Assembly: GCA_964016885.1 (NCBI GenBank)
Contig: OZ024742.1
Span: forward strand, 45,632,001-45,696,000
DNA: 64,000 nt
From: Eledone cirrhosa
Lineage: Eukaryota
Direction of reading: 5' to 3'
Positions within the stretch are counted from its first letter, which is position 1; each line of letters begins with the position of its first letter. The notes below the pieces were generated by a model. It was given only the letters and a program-made list of their open reading frames with translations, had not been told where the DNA came from and ran no database searches. Made by a program: the position numbers and the translations under genes. Shown here in pieces: positions 43,801 through 56,757 of this stretch.

Positions 43801-46800
43801 TGACTATATATTAACTAGACACTACTCAGTGTGCCTTTCCATGAGTTTTGATGGAAAGTAGACCCTCCCAAACATTGACTATATATTAACTAGACACTCC
43901 TCAGTGTGCTCTTCTATGAGTTTTGATGGAAAGTAGACCCTCCCAAACATTGACTATATATTAACTAGACACTACTCAGTGTGCTCTTCCATGAGTTTTG
44001 ATGAAAAGTAGACCCTCCCAAACATTGACTATATATTAACTAGACACTACCCAGTGTGCTCTTCCATGAGTTTTGATGGAAACTAGACCCTCCCAAACAT
44101 TGACTATATATTAACTAAACACTACTCAGTGTGCTCTTCCATGAATTTTGATGGAGAGTAGACTCTCCCAAACATTGACTATATATTAACGAGACACTAC
44201 TCAGTGTGCACTTCCATGAGCTTTGAGGGAAAGTAGACCCTCCCAAACATTGACTATATATTTACTAGACACTACTTAGTGTGCTCTTCCATGAGTTTTG
44301 ATGGAAAGTAGACCCTCCCAAACATTGACTTTATATTAACTAGACACTCCTCAGTGTGTTCTTTTATGTGTTTTGATGGAAAGTAGACCCTCCCAAACGT
44401 TGACTATATATTAACTAAACACTATTCAGTGTGCTCTTCCATGAATTTTGATGGAGAGTAGACCCTCCCAAACATTGACTATATATTAACTAGACACTAC
44501 TCAGTATGCTCTTACATGAGTTTTGAGGGAAAGTAGACCCTCTCTAACATTGACTATATATTAACGAGACACTACTCAGTGTGCCCTTCCATGAGTTTTG
44601 ATGGAAAGTAGACCCTCCCAAACATTGACTATATATTAACTAGACACTACTCAGTGTGCTCTTCCATGAGTTTTGATGGAAAGTAGACCCTCCCTAACAT
44701 TGACTATATATTAACTAGACACTACTCAGTGTGCTCTTCCATGAGTTTTGATGGAAAGTAGATCCTCCCAAACATTGACTATATATTAACTAAACACTAC
44801 TCAGTGTGCTCTTCCATGAATTTTGATGGAGAGTAGACTCTCCCAAACATTGACTATATATTAACTAGACACTACTCAGTGTGCTCTTTTATGAGTTTTG
44901 ATGGAAAGTAGACCCTCCCAAACATTGACTATATATTAACTAGACACTCCTCAGTGTGCTCTTCTATGAGTTTTGATGGAAAGTAGACCCTCCCAAACAT
45001 TGACTATATATTAACTAGACACTACTCAGTGTGCTCTTCCATGAGTTTTGATGAAAAGTAGACCCTCCCAAACATTGACTATATATTAACTAGACACTAC
45101 CCAGTGTGCTCTTCCATGAGTTTTGATGGAAAGTAGACCCTCCCAAACATTGACTATATATTAACTAGGCACTACTCAGTGTGCCTTTCCATGAGTTTTG
45201 ATGGAAAGTAGACCCTCCCAAACATTGACTATATATTAACTAGACACTCCTCAGTGTGCTCTTCTATGAGTTTTGATGGAAAGTAGACCCTCCCAAACAT
45301 TGACTATATATTAACTAGACACTACTCAGTGTGCTCTTCCATGAGTTTTGATGAAAAGTAGACCCTCCCAAACATTGACTATATATTAACTAGACACTAC
45401 CCAGTGTGCTCTTCCATGAGTTTTGATGGAAACTAGACCCTCCCAAACATTGACTATATATTAACTAAACACTACTCAGTGTGCTCTTCCATGAATTTTG
45501 ATGGAGAGTAGACTCTCCCAAACATTGACTATATATTAACGAGACACTACTCAGTGTGCACTTCCATGAGCTTTGAGGGAAAGTAGACCCTCCCAAACAT
45601 TGACTATATATTTACTAGACACTACTTAGTGTGCTCTTCCATGAGTTTTGATGGAAAGTAGACCCTCCCAAACATTGACTTTATATTAACTAGACACTCC
45701 TCAGTGTGTTCTTTTATGTGTTTTGATGGAAAGTAGACCCTCCCAAACGTTGACTATATATTAACTAAACACTATTCAGTGTGCTCTTCCATGAATTTTG
45801 ATGGAGAGTAGACCCTCCCAAACATTGACTATATATTAACTAGACACTACTCAGTATGCTCTTACATGAGTTTTGAGGGAAAGTAGACCCTCTCTAACAT
45901 TGACTATATATTAACGAGACACTACTCAGTGTGCCCTTCCATGAGTTTTGATGGAAAGTAGACCCTCCCAAACATTGACTATATATTAACTAGACACTAC
46001 TCAGTGTGCTCTTCCATGAGTTTTGATGGAAAGTAGACCCTCCCTAACATTGACTATATATTAACTAGACACTACTCAGTGTGCTCTTCCATGAGTTTTG
46101 ATGGAAAGTAGATCCTCCCAAACATTGACTATATATTAACTAAACACTACTCAGTGTGCTCTTCCATGAATTTTGATGGAGAGTAGACTCTCCCAAACAT
46201 TGACTATATATTAACTAGACACTACTCAGTGTGCTCTTTTATGAGTTTTGATGGAAAGTAGACCCTCCCAAACATTGACTATATATTAACTAGACACTCC
46301 TCAGTGTGCTCTTCTATGAGTTTTGATGGAAAGTAGACCCTCCCAAACATTGACTATATATTAACTAGACACTACTCAGTGTGCTCTTCCATGAGTTTTG
46401 ATGAAAAGTAGACCCTCCCAAACATTGACTATATATTAACTAGACACTACCCAGTGTGCTCTTCCATGAGTTTTGATGGAAAGTAGACCCTCCCAAACAT
46501 TGACTATATATTAACTAGGCACTACTCAGTGTGCCTTTCCATGAGTTTTGATGGAAAGTAGACCCTCCCAAACATTGACTATATATTAACTAGACACTAC
46601 TGAGTGTGCTCTTCCATGAGATTTGATGGAAAGTAGACCCTCCCAAACATTGACTATATATGAACTAGACACTACTCAGTGTGCTCTTCCATGAGTTTTG
46701 ATGGAAAGTAGACCCTCCCAAACATTGACTATATATTAACGAGACACTACTCAGTATGCTCTTCCATGAGCTTTGAGGGAAAGTAGACCCTCCCAAACAT

Positions 46801-49800
46801 TGACTATATATTAACGAGACACTACTCAGTATGCTCTTCCATGAGCTTTGAGGGAAAGTAGACCCTCCCAAACATTGACTATATATTAACTAAACACTAT
46901 TCAGTGTGCTCTTCCATGAATTTTGATGGAGAGTAGACCCTCCCAAACATTGACTATATATTAACTAGACACTACTCAGTATGCTCTTACATAAGTTTTG
47001 AGGGAAAGTAGACCCTCTCTAACATTGACTATATATTAACGAGACACTACTCAGTGTGCTCTTCCATGAGTTTTGATGGAAAGTAGACCCTCCCAAACAT
47101 TGACTATATATTAACTAGACACTACTCAGTGTGCTCTTCCATGAGTTTTGATGGAAAGTAGATCCTCCCAAACATTGACTATATATTAACTAAACACTAC
47201 TCAGTGTGCTCTTCCATGAATTTTGATGGAGAGTAGACTCTCCCAAACATTGACTATATATTAACGAGACACTACTCAGTGTGCACTTCCATGAGCTTTG
47301 AGGGAAAGTAGACCCTCCCAAACATTGACTATATATTAACTAGACACTACTCAGTGTGCTCTTTTATGAGTTTTGATGGAAAGTAGACCCTCCCAAACAT
47401 TGACTATATATTAACTAGACACTACTCAGTGTGCCTTTCCATGAGTTTTGATGGAAAGTAGACCCTCCCAAACATTGACTATATATTAACTAGACACTCC
47501 TCAGTGTGCTCTTCTATGAGTTTTGATGGAAAGTAGACCCTCCCAAACATTGACTATATATTAACTAGACACTACTCAGTGTGCTCTTCCATGAGTTTTG
47601 ATGAAAAGTAGACCCTCCCAAACATTGACTATATATTAACTAGACACTACCCAGTGTGCTCTTCCATGAGTTTTGATGGAAACTAGACCCTCCCAAACAT
47701 TGACTATATATTAACTAAACACTACTCAGTGTGCTCTTCCATGAATTTTGATGGAGAGTAGACTCTCCCAAACATTGACTATATATTAACGAGACACTAC
47801 TCAGTGTGCACTTCCATGAGCTTTGAGGGAAAGTAGACCCTCCCAAACATTGACTATATATTTACTAGACACTACTTAGTGTGCTCTTCCATGAGTTTTG
47901 ATGGAAAGTAGACCCTCCCAAACATTGACTTTATATTAACTAGACACTCCTCAGTGTGTTCTTTTATGTGTTTTGATGGAAAGTAGACCCTCCCAAACGT
48001 TGACTATATATTAACTAAACACTATTCAGTGTGCTCTTCCATGAATTTTGATGGAGAGTAGACCCTCCCAAACATTGACTATATATTAACTAGACACTAC
48101 TCAGTATGCTCTTACATGAGTTTTGAGGGAAAGTAGACCCTCTCTAACATTGACTATATATTAACGAGACACTACTCAGTGTGCCCTTCCATGAGTTTTG
48201 ATGGAAAGTAGACCCTCCCAAACATTGACTATATATTAACTAGACACTACTCAGTGTGCTCTTCCATGAGTTTTGATGGAAAGTAGACCCTCCCTAACAT
48301 TGACTATATATTAACTAGACACTACTCAGTGTGCTCTTCCATGAGTTTTGATGGAAAGTAGATCCTCCCAAACATTGACTATATATTAACTAAACACTAC
48401 TCAGTGTGCTCTTCCATGAATTTTGATGGAGAGTAGACTCTCCCAAACATTGACTATATATTAACTAGACACTACTCAGTGTGCTCTTTTATGAGTTTTG
48501 ATGGAAAGTAGACCCTCCCAAACATTGACTATATATTAACTAGACACTCCTCAGTGTGCTCTTCTATGAGTTTTGATGGAAAGTAGACCCTCCCAAACAT
48601 TGACTATATATTAACTAGACACTACTCAGTGTGCTCTTCCATGAGTTTTGATGAAAAGTAGACCCTCCCAAACATTGACTATATATTAACTAGACACTAC
48701 CCAGTGTGCTCTTCCATGAGTTTTGATGGAAAGTAGACCCTCCCAAACATTGACTATATATTAACTAGGCACTACTCAGTGTGCCTTTCCATGAGTTTTG
48801 ATGGAAAGTAGACCCTCCCAAACATTGACTATATATTAACTAGACACTCCTCAGTGTGCTCTTCTATGAGTTTTGATGGAAAGTAGACCCTCCCAAACAT
48901 TGACTATATATTAACTAGACACTACTCAGTGTGCTCTTCCATGAGTTTTGATGAAAAGTAGACCCTCCCAAACATTGACTATATATTAACTAGACACTAC
49001 CCAGTGTGCTCTTCCATGAGTTTTGATGGAAACTAGACCCTCCCAAACATTGACTATATATTAACTAAACACTACTCAGTGTGCTCTTCCATGAATTTTG
49101 ATGGAGAGTAGACTCTCCCAAACATTGACTATATATTAACGAGACACTACTCAGTGTGCACTTCCATGAGCTTTGAGGGAAAGTAGACCCTCCCAAACAT
49201 TGACTATATATTTACTAGACACTACTTAGTGTGCTCTTCCATGAGTTTTGATGGAAAGTAGACCCTCCCAAACATTGACTTTATATTAACTAGACACTCC
49301 TCAGTGTGTTCTTTTATGTGTTTTGATGGAAAGTAGACCCTCCCAAACGTTGACTATATATTAACTAAACACTATTCAGTGTGCTCTTCCATGAATTTTG
49401 ATGGAGAGTAGACCCTCCCAAACATTGACTATATATTAACTAGACACTACTCAGTATGCTCTTACATGAGTTTTGAGGGAAAGTAGACCCTCTCTAACAT
49501 TGACTATATATTAACGAGACACTACTCAGTGTGCCCTTCCATGAGTTTTGATGGAAAGTAGACCCTCCCAAACATTGACTATATATTAACTAGACACTAC
49601 TCAGTGTGCTCTTCCATGAGTTTTGATGGAAAGTAGACCCTCCCTAACATTGACTATATATTAACTAGACACTACTCAGTGTGCTCTTCCATGAGTTTTG
49701 ATGGAAAGTAGATCCTCCCAAACATTGACTATATATTAACTAAACACTACTCAGTGTGCTCTTCCATGAATTTTGATGGAGAGTAGACTCTCCCAAACAT

Positions 49801-52800
49801 TGACTATATATTAACTAGACACTACTCAGTGTGCTCTTTTATGAGTTTTGATGGAAAGTAGACCCTCCCAAACATTGACTATATATTAACTAGACACTCC
49901 TCAGTGTGCTCTTCTATGAGTTTTGATGGAAAGTAGACCCTCCCAAACATTGACTATATATTAACTAGACACTACTCAGTGTGCTCTTCCATGAGTTTTG
50001 ATGAAAAGTAGACCCTCCCAAACATTGACTATATATTAACTAGACACTACCCAGTGTGCTCTTCCATGAGTTTTGATGGAAAGTAGACCCTCCCAAACAT
50101 TGACTATATATTAACTAGGCACTACTCAGTGTGCCTTTCCATGAGTTTTGATGGAAAGTAGACCCTCCCAAACATTGACTATATATTAACTAGACACTAC
50201 TCAGTTTGCTCTTTTATGAGTTTTGATGGAAAGTAGACCCTCCCAAACATTGACTATATATTAACGAGACACTACTCAGTATGCTCTTCCATGAGCTATG
50301 AGGGAAAGTAGACCCTCCTAAACATTGACTATATATTAACTAGACTCTACTCAGTGTGCCTTTCCATGAGTTTTGATGGAAAGTAGTCCCTCCCAAACAT
50401 TGACTATATTACCTAGACACTACTCAGTGTGCTCTTCCATGAGCTTTGAGGGAAAGTAGACCCTCCCAAACATTGACTATATATTAACTAGACACTACTC
50501 AGTGTGCATTTCCATGAGTTTTGATGGAAAGTAGACCCTCCCAAACATTGACTATATTACCTAGACACTACTCAGTGTGCTCTTCCATGAGCTTTGAGGG
50601 AAAGTAGACTCTCCCAAACATTGACTATATATTAACTAGACACTCCTCAGTGTGTCCTTTTATGAGTTTTGATGGAAAGTAGACCCTCCCAAACATTGAC
50701 TATATATTAACTAGACACTACTCAGTGTGCTCTTTTATGAGTTTTGATGGAAAGTAGACCCTCCCAAACATTGACTATATATTAACTAGACACTACTCAG
50801 TGTGCTCTTTTGTGAGTTTTGATGGAAAGTAGACCCTCCCAAACATTGACTATATATTAACTAGACACTACTAAGTGTGCTCTTCCATGAGTTTTGATGG
50901 AAACCAGACCCTCCCAAACATTGACTATATATTAACTAGACACTACTCGGCGTGCACTTCCATTAGTTTTGATGGAAAGTAGATCCTCCCAAACATTGAC
51001 TATATATTAACTAGACACTACTCAGTGTGCTCTTCCATGAGTTTTGATGGAAAGTAGACCCTCCCAAACATTGACTATATATTAACTAGACACTACTCAG
51101 TGTGCCCTTCCATGAGTTTTGATGGAAAGTAGACCCTCCCAAACATTGACTATATATTAACTAGACACTACTCAGTGTGCTCTTCCATGAGTTGTGATGG
51201 AAAGTAGACCCTCCCAAACATTGACTAGATATTAACTAGACACTACTCAGTGTGCTCTTCCATGAGTTTTGATGGAAAGTAGACCCTCCCAAACATTGAC
51301 TATATATTAACTAAACACTCCTCAGTGTGTTCTTTTATGAGTTTTGATGGAAAGTAGACCCTCCCAAACATTGACTATATATTAACTGGACACTACTGAG
51401 TGTGCTCTTATATGAGTTTTGATGGAAAGTAGACCCTCCCAAACATTGACTATATATTAACTAGACACTACTCAGTGTGCTCTTCCATGAGTTTTGATGG
51501 AAAGTAGACCCTCCCAAACATTGACTATATATTACCTAGACACTACTCAGTGTGCTCTTCCATGAGTTTTGATGGAAAGTAGACCCTCCCAAACATTGAC
51601 TATATATTAACTAGACACTACTCAGTGTGCTCTTCCATGAGTTTTGATGGAAAGTAGACCCTCCCAAACATTGACTATATATTAACTGGACACTACTCAG
51701 TGTGCTATTCCATGAGTTTTGATGGAAAGTAGACCCTCCCAAACATTGACTATATATTATCTAGACACTACTCAGTGTGCTCTTGCATGAGTTTTGATGG
51801 AAAGTAGACCCTCCCAAACATTGACTATATATTAACGAGACACTACTCAGCATGCTCTTCCATGAGCTTTGAGGGAAAGTAGACCCTCCCAAACATTGAC
51901 TATATATTAACTGGACACTACTCAGTGTGCTCTTCCATGAGTTTTGATGGAAAGTAGACCCTCCCAAACATTGACTATATATTAACGAGACACTACTCAG
52001 TGTGCACTTCCATGAGCTTTGAGGGAAAGTAGACCCTCCCAAACATTGACTATATATTAACTAAACACTACTCAGTGTGCTCTTCCATGAATTTTGATGG
52101 AGAGTAGACTCTCCCAAACATTGACTATATATTAACGAGACACTACTCAGTGTGCACTTCCATGAGCTTTGAGGGAAAGTAGACCCTCCCAAACATTGAC
52201 TATATATTTACTAGACACTACTTAGTGTGCTCTTCCATGAGTTTTGATGGAAAGTAGACCCTCCCAAACATTGACTATATATTAACTAGACACTACTCAG
52301 TGTGCTCTTCCATGAGTTTTGATGGAAAGTAGACCCTCCCAAACATTGACTTTATATTAACTAGACACTCCTCAGTGTGTTCTTTTATGAGTTTTGATGG
52401 AAAGTAGACCCTCCCAAACATTGACTATATATTAACGAGACACTACTCAGTATGCTCTTCCATGAGCTTTGAGGGAAAGTAGACCCTCCCAAACATTGAC
52501 TATATATTAACTAGACACTACTCAGTGTGCTCTTCCATGAGTTTTGATGGAAAGTAGACCCTCCCAAACATTGACTATATATTAACTGGATACTACTCAG
52601 TGTGCTCTTCCATGAGTTTTGATGGAAAGTAGACCCTCCCAAACATTGACTATATATTAACTCAACACTACTCAGTGTGCTCTTCCATGAGTTTTGATGG
52701 AAAGTAGACCCTCCCTAACATTGACTATATATTAACTAGACACTCCACAGTATGCTCTTCCATGAGTTTTGATGGAAAGTAGACCCTCCCAAACATTGAC

Positions 52801-53867
52801 TATATATTAACTAGACACTACTCAGTGTGCTCTTCCATGAGTTTTGATGGAAAGTAGACCCTCCCAAACATTGACTATATATTAACTAGACACTCCTCAG
52901 TGTGTTCTTTTATGAGTTTTGATGGAAAGTAGACCCTCCCTAACATTGACTATATATTAACTAGACACTACACAGTGTTCTCTTCCATGAGCTTTGATGG
53001 AAAGTAGACCCTCCCAAACATTGACTATATATTAACTAGACACTCCTCAGTATGCTCTTCCATGAGTTTTGATGGAAAGTAGACCCTCCCTAACATTGAC
53101 TATATATTAACTAGACACTATTCAGTGTGCTCTTCCATGAGTTGTGATGGAAAGTAGACCCTCCCAAACATTGACTATATATTAACTAGACACTACTCAG
53201 TGTGCTCTTTTATGAGTTTTGATGGAAAGTAGACCCTCCCAAACATTGACTATATATTAACTAGACACTCCTCAGTGTGCTCTTTTATGAGTTTTGATGG
53301 AAAGTAGACCCTCCCAAACATTGACTATATATTAACTAGACACTCCTCAGTGTGCTCTTTTATGAGTTTTGATGGAAAGTAGACCCTCCCAACCATTGAC
53401 TATATATTAACTAGACACTACTCAGTGTGTTCTTCCATGAGTTTTGATGGAAAGTAGACCCTCCCAAACATTGACTATATATTAACTAGACACTCCTCAG
53501 TCTGCTCTTCCATGAGTTATGATGGAAAGTAGACCATCCCAAACATTGACTATATATTAACTAGACACTACTCAGTGTGCTCTTCCATGAGTTTCGATGG
53601 AAAGTAGACCCTCCCAAACATTGACTATATATTAACTAGACACTACTCAGTGTGTTCTTCCATGAGTTTTGATGGAAAGTAGACCCACCCAAACATTGAC
53701 TATATATTAACTAGACACTCCTCAGTCTGCTCTTCCATGAGTCATGATGGAAAGTAGACCCTCCCAAACATTGACTATATATTAACTAGACACTACTCAG
53801 TGTGCTCTTCCATGAGTTTTGATGGAAAGTAGACCCTCCCAAACATTGAATATGTCTTAAATAGACA
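1897..53867 (+). repeat. 75-bp tandem satellite array (~52 kb, ~690 monomers, single orientation)
   Basis: Consensus AAACATTGACTATATATTAACTAGACACTACTCAGTGTGCTCTTCCATGAGTTTTGATGGAAAGTAGACCCTCCC. Most copies differ by a few substitutions, with rare 1-2 bp deletions. No inversions or insertions were seen. Confidence 0.99.
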
Positions 53868-54334
53868 AATTTAAAAAAAAAAAAAAATTGCCAAGAACTG
53901 ATTATATTTTTGATGATGCAAAATCATTTGAAAATAACACATACTAACATACAATGATGATAGAGATAAATGGAGAAGCTTGCCAAGAGGCTTTCAAGGC
54001 TGACCCTTGCTTTACCATGGAAAATGGTCTATAATGCTTGGTGGTGGTATTATTTATGATTTTCTTTTTTCATTGATTGTGGGAGGCCCTTTTTTTGTGG
54101 GGCTCTTGTTCAACTGCACTATATAAGCACAGTAAATCCAACACTGGAAACAAAAAAAATATATACTTTGGTGCCCTCTTTCCATCTCTTGGTGCTGCTC
54201 TAACGCAAGTTTATTTTGTTTAATCATTAATCCAGACCTGATAATAATCTATTGTTCATCTAGTCAGTAAGCTTATAGTGCACCGGAATCTCATATTACA
54301 AACTTTACATTAGACACCTTCACGCCCCCACACA

Positions 54335-54458
54335 TCTGATACCACTGAAATCAATAGAGAACACAACACACACCAAATAACATATATTGACACACTTGAT
54401 ATCAATAGAATACACAGAGTACACAATTTATTATAGTAGACACACTTCATATGAAAGA
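54335..54458 (-). mobile_element. Possible LTR 3' end plus primer-binding-site remnant
   Basis: Minus strand reads ...AATAAA...TTTCA-G-TGGTATCAGA-TGTGTGGG: a CA end, a 1-nt gap, then a TGGTATCAGA PBS-like motif (tRNA-iMet type). No gag/pol or second LTR is visible. Confidence 0.35.
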
Positions 54459-54520
54459 TATATATATATATATTTATGTGTGTGTGTATATATATGTATG
54501 TGTGTGTGTATATATATGTA

Positions 54521-54570
<50 letters not shown>
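54458..54570. repeat. (TA)n/(TG)n compound microsatellite
   Basis: Directly visible. Confidence 0.95.
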
Positions 54571-54572
<2 letters not shown>

Positions 54573-54573
<1 letters not shown>

Positions 54574-54907
54574 GCACATGGCTTAGTGGTTAGAGCATTG
54601 GGCTTGCAATCGAAAGGTTGTGAGTTCAATTCTCAGACCGGGTGATGTGTTGTTTCCTTGAGCAAGACACTTTATTTCACATTGCTCCAGTTTACTCAGC
54701 TGTAGAAATGAGATGATAGGGCTGGGGTCCATATCATTCCACTGCAAAGTGGGCGTGGAGGAGCCACGGCAAAAAAGCACCCAGCACTCACTGTAAATGA
54801 GGTTGGTGTTAGGAAGGGCATCCAGCTGTAGAAATCAAGCCAGAATCAGTTCCTGTCCCACCCTTGCAAGCAGGGAAAATCAGACGTAAAATGATATGAA
54901 TGAATGA
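54573..54907 (+). mobile_element. Near full-length tRNA-derived SINE with RTE-derived 3' tail
   Basis: A-box TGGCTTAGTGG (54579-54589) and B-box GAGTTCAATTC (54622-54632). CORE-like CCTTGAGCAAGACACTT follows. The 3' end GCAAGCAGGGAAAATCAGACGTAAAATGAT matches the 3' end of the RTE at 54982-55025 (minus). Confidence 0.85.
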
Positions 54908-54981
54908 TATGAATATATATGTGTGTTTTATATATATATATATATATATATGTGTGTATACATATGTATGTGTATATATAT

Positions 54982-56300
54982 ATCATCATCATCATCATTT
55001 TACGTCCGCTTTTCCCTGCTTGCAATGGTTGGATGGGTCCTATTCAGCACAGCATCTCTCCACCACTTCCGCCCATGTTTTTCATGTTCTACCTCTACTG
55101 CGTCTTCCTTCTACTAGGATTTCTTGGCACTTCTTTACCCAGGGGTCATCCTCCATGCGCATCACATGTCCATACCATCTCAGCCTTCTCTCCTGCATAC
55201 CACAACTTATCCCTTTTATACCCAGTTTCTTTCTCGTCTATGCTTGGTCGTTCACGCACATTGACATTGCACATCCAACGGAGCATACTTGCTTCATTTC
55301 TCTCCAGCCGTTGCATATCTTCTGCAGTTGCTGCCCATGTCTCACTACCATGCAGCATCGCGCATCTCAAACAGGCATCATATAACCGTCCTTCCATATG
55401 CAGGGAGAAACCCTTCGTTGTCAACAGAGGAAGCAGTTCCTTAAACTTCTTCCAACCCGTCCTTATTCTAGATACTATGGCCTCGGAATACCCCCTCCCA
55501 TGCTAATCTGATCACCTAGGTACCGGAAGCTATCAACCATTCTATAGAACCCACCTGCATTGGAAAAATGTGTCTATCACTGCAATTACTACTGCCAACT
55601 TTCCCTGTACATCTACTGCATACATAGTTTACCCTACCTGTTAGTTTCCCTGCTATCCCACTACATCTTGTGTACCCAAGATCTGCATTGCGTACATTTT
55701 ATGGAATTTATGCCAGTTCCTTTCCTACATATCGAACATGGCCATTTCCCTGATGGAATCAGAGTATTGACCTCTCTTCTACTGATCAACACTTTTGTTT
55801 TAGCTATGTTCACTCTCAGGCCTCTTGCTTCCAACTGCTGTTTCCATTGCCAAAATTTATTCTCTAGCTCCTCTATTGATTCTGCTATAAGAATCAGATC
55901 ATCAGCATAGAGAAGTTCCCATGGGCATCCAGTCTTAAACTCCTCTGTTATGGCTTGGAGGACTATAATGAACAAGAGCGGGCTGAGGACCGAACCCTGA
56001 TGTACACCTACTTGTATCTGGTATTCCTCACTAAACTCCATTCCTATTCTCACTTTACTGACAGCACCCCGGTACATAGCTTGCACTGTCCTCACAAGCC
56101 ATTCCTCTACACCTAGTTTCCTTAGGGACCACCAGATGATAGATTGGGGTACCCTATCAAAGGCCTTCTCTAGGTCAACAAAAGCTAAGTATAGTGGCTT
56201 ATTCTTCTCTAAGAATCTCTCTTGTAGTTGCCTCACTAAGAAGAGGGCATCTGTTGTACTTTTCCGAGGCACAAAACCAAACTGCATCTCATCTAATTTG
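54982..56300 (-). mobile_element. 5'-truncated RTE-clade LINE (RT core, PHD-like finger, C-terminus, (ATG)n tail); defective
   Basis: ORF 55661-56365 contains QFGF, FVDLEKAFDRVP, GVHQGSVLSPLLF, LYADD and WPCSICRKG. ORF 55146-55424 contains MLHGSETW and RWMCNV. A (CAT)n tail lies at 54982-54998. Frameshifts are present. Confidence 0.93.
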
Positions 56301-56302
56301 TA

Positions 56303-56380
56303 GATATGTATGTGTGTATCTATCTCTCTCTCTCTATATATATATATGTATGGGTGTGTATACATATATATATATATGTA

Positions 56381-56421
<41 letters not shown>

Positions 56422-56620
56422 ATATATGTATGTGTGTGTATATATATGTGTGTATATATGTATGTGTGTGTATATATATGTGTGTATATATATATATGTA
56501 TGTGTGTATATATATGTGTATGTGTGTATATATGTATATATGTATGTGTGTGTATTTATGTGTATATATGTATATATATATGTATGTGTGTGTATTTATA
56601 TATATATATATGTGTGTATC
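56303..56620. repeat. Long compound (TA)n/(TG)n/(TATG)n microsatellite
   Basis: Directly visible; it produces the spurious YI/CV ORFs. Confidence 0.95.
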
Positions 56621-56723
56621 TCTATCTATCTAGCGCGGGTAAAATTCCCGAGATCCATGGACGAGTTCTCTCCAGCGGTCTCTGTCCCTCATTATCGCTG
56701 CCATGTCCTGCGTCTCCAACAGA
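56621..56723 (-). mobile_element. Extreme 3' stub of a different RTE-like LINE family
   Basis: Minus strand reads LLETQDMAAIMRDRDRWRELVHGSREFYPR* (typical RTE C-terminal xxDRxxWR motif). The stop at 56630-56632 is followed by an ATAG-type tail. Confidence 0.6.
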
Positions 56724-56757
56724 TGTGTATGTGTGTGTATATATATATATATATATA

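Noticed and set aside
5212-52042. Many minus-strand ORFs (MGGSTFPQSSWKS...) suggesting a 25-aa repeat protein
   Set aside because: They are by-products of a 75-bp unit. The consensus has a stop in this frame in every monomer, the starts are TTG, and 1-2 bp deletions shift the frame along the array.
1897-53867. CRISPR-like array or variable-cassette array
   Set aside because: There are no unique spacers; the whole monomer is repeated with point variants. There are no cas genes and the context is eukaryotic.
1897-53867. Hammerhead-containing satellite (newt/schistosome type)
   Set aside because: Neither strand has CUGANGA-stem-GAAA-stem-UH. The nearest motifs (TTGATGGAAA, CTGAGTAG) lack the required architecture.
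1897-53867. Array of micro-exons (ctcAG|28 nt|GTagac)
   Set aside because: The donor is weak, there is no polypyrimidine tract, the 47-nt intron is very short, 28 nt is not frame-preserving, and variants destroy the sites freely.
54573-54645. tRNA gene
   Set aside because: The A/B boxes belong to a SINE head. It continues into the SINE body, has no clean acceptor stem or poly-T terminator, and a second diverged copy lies at 63172-63461.
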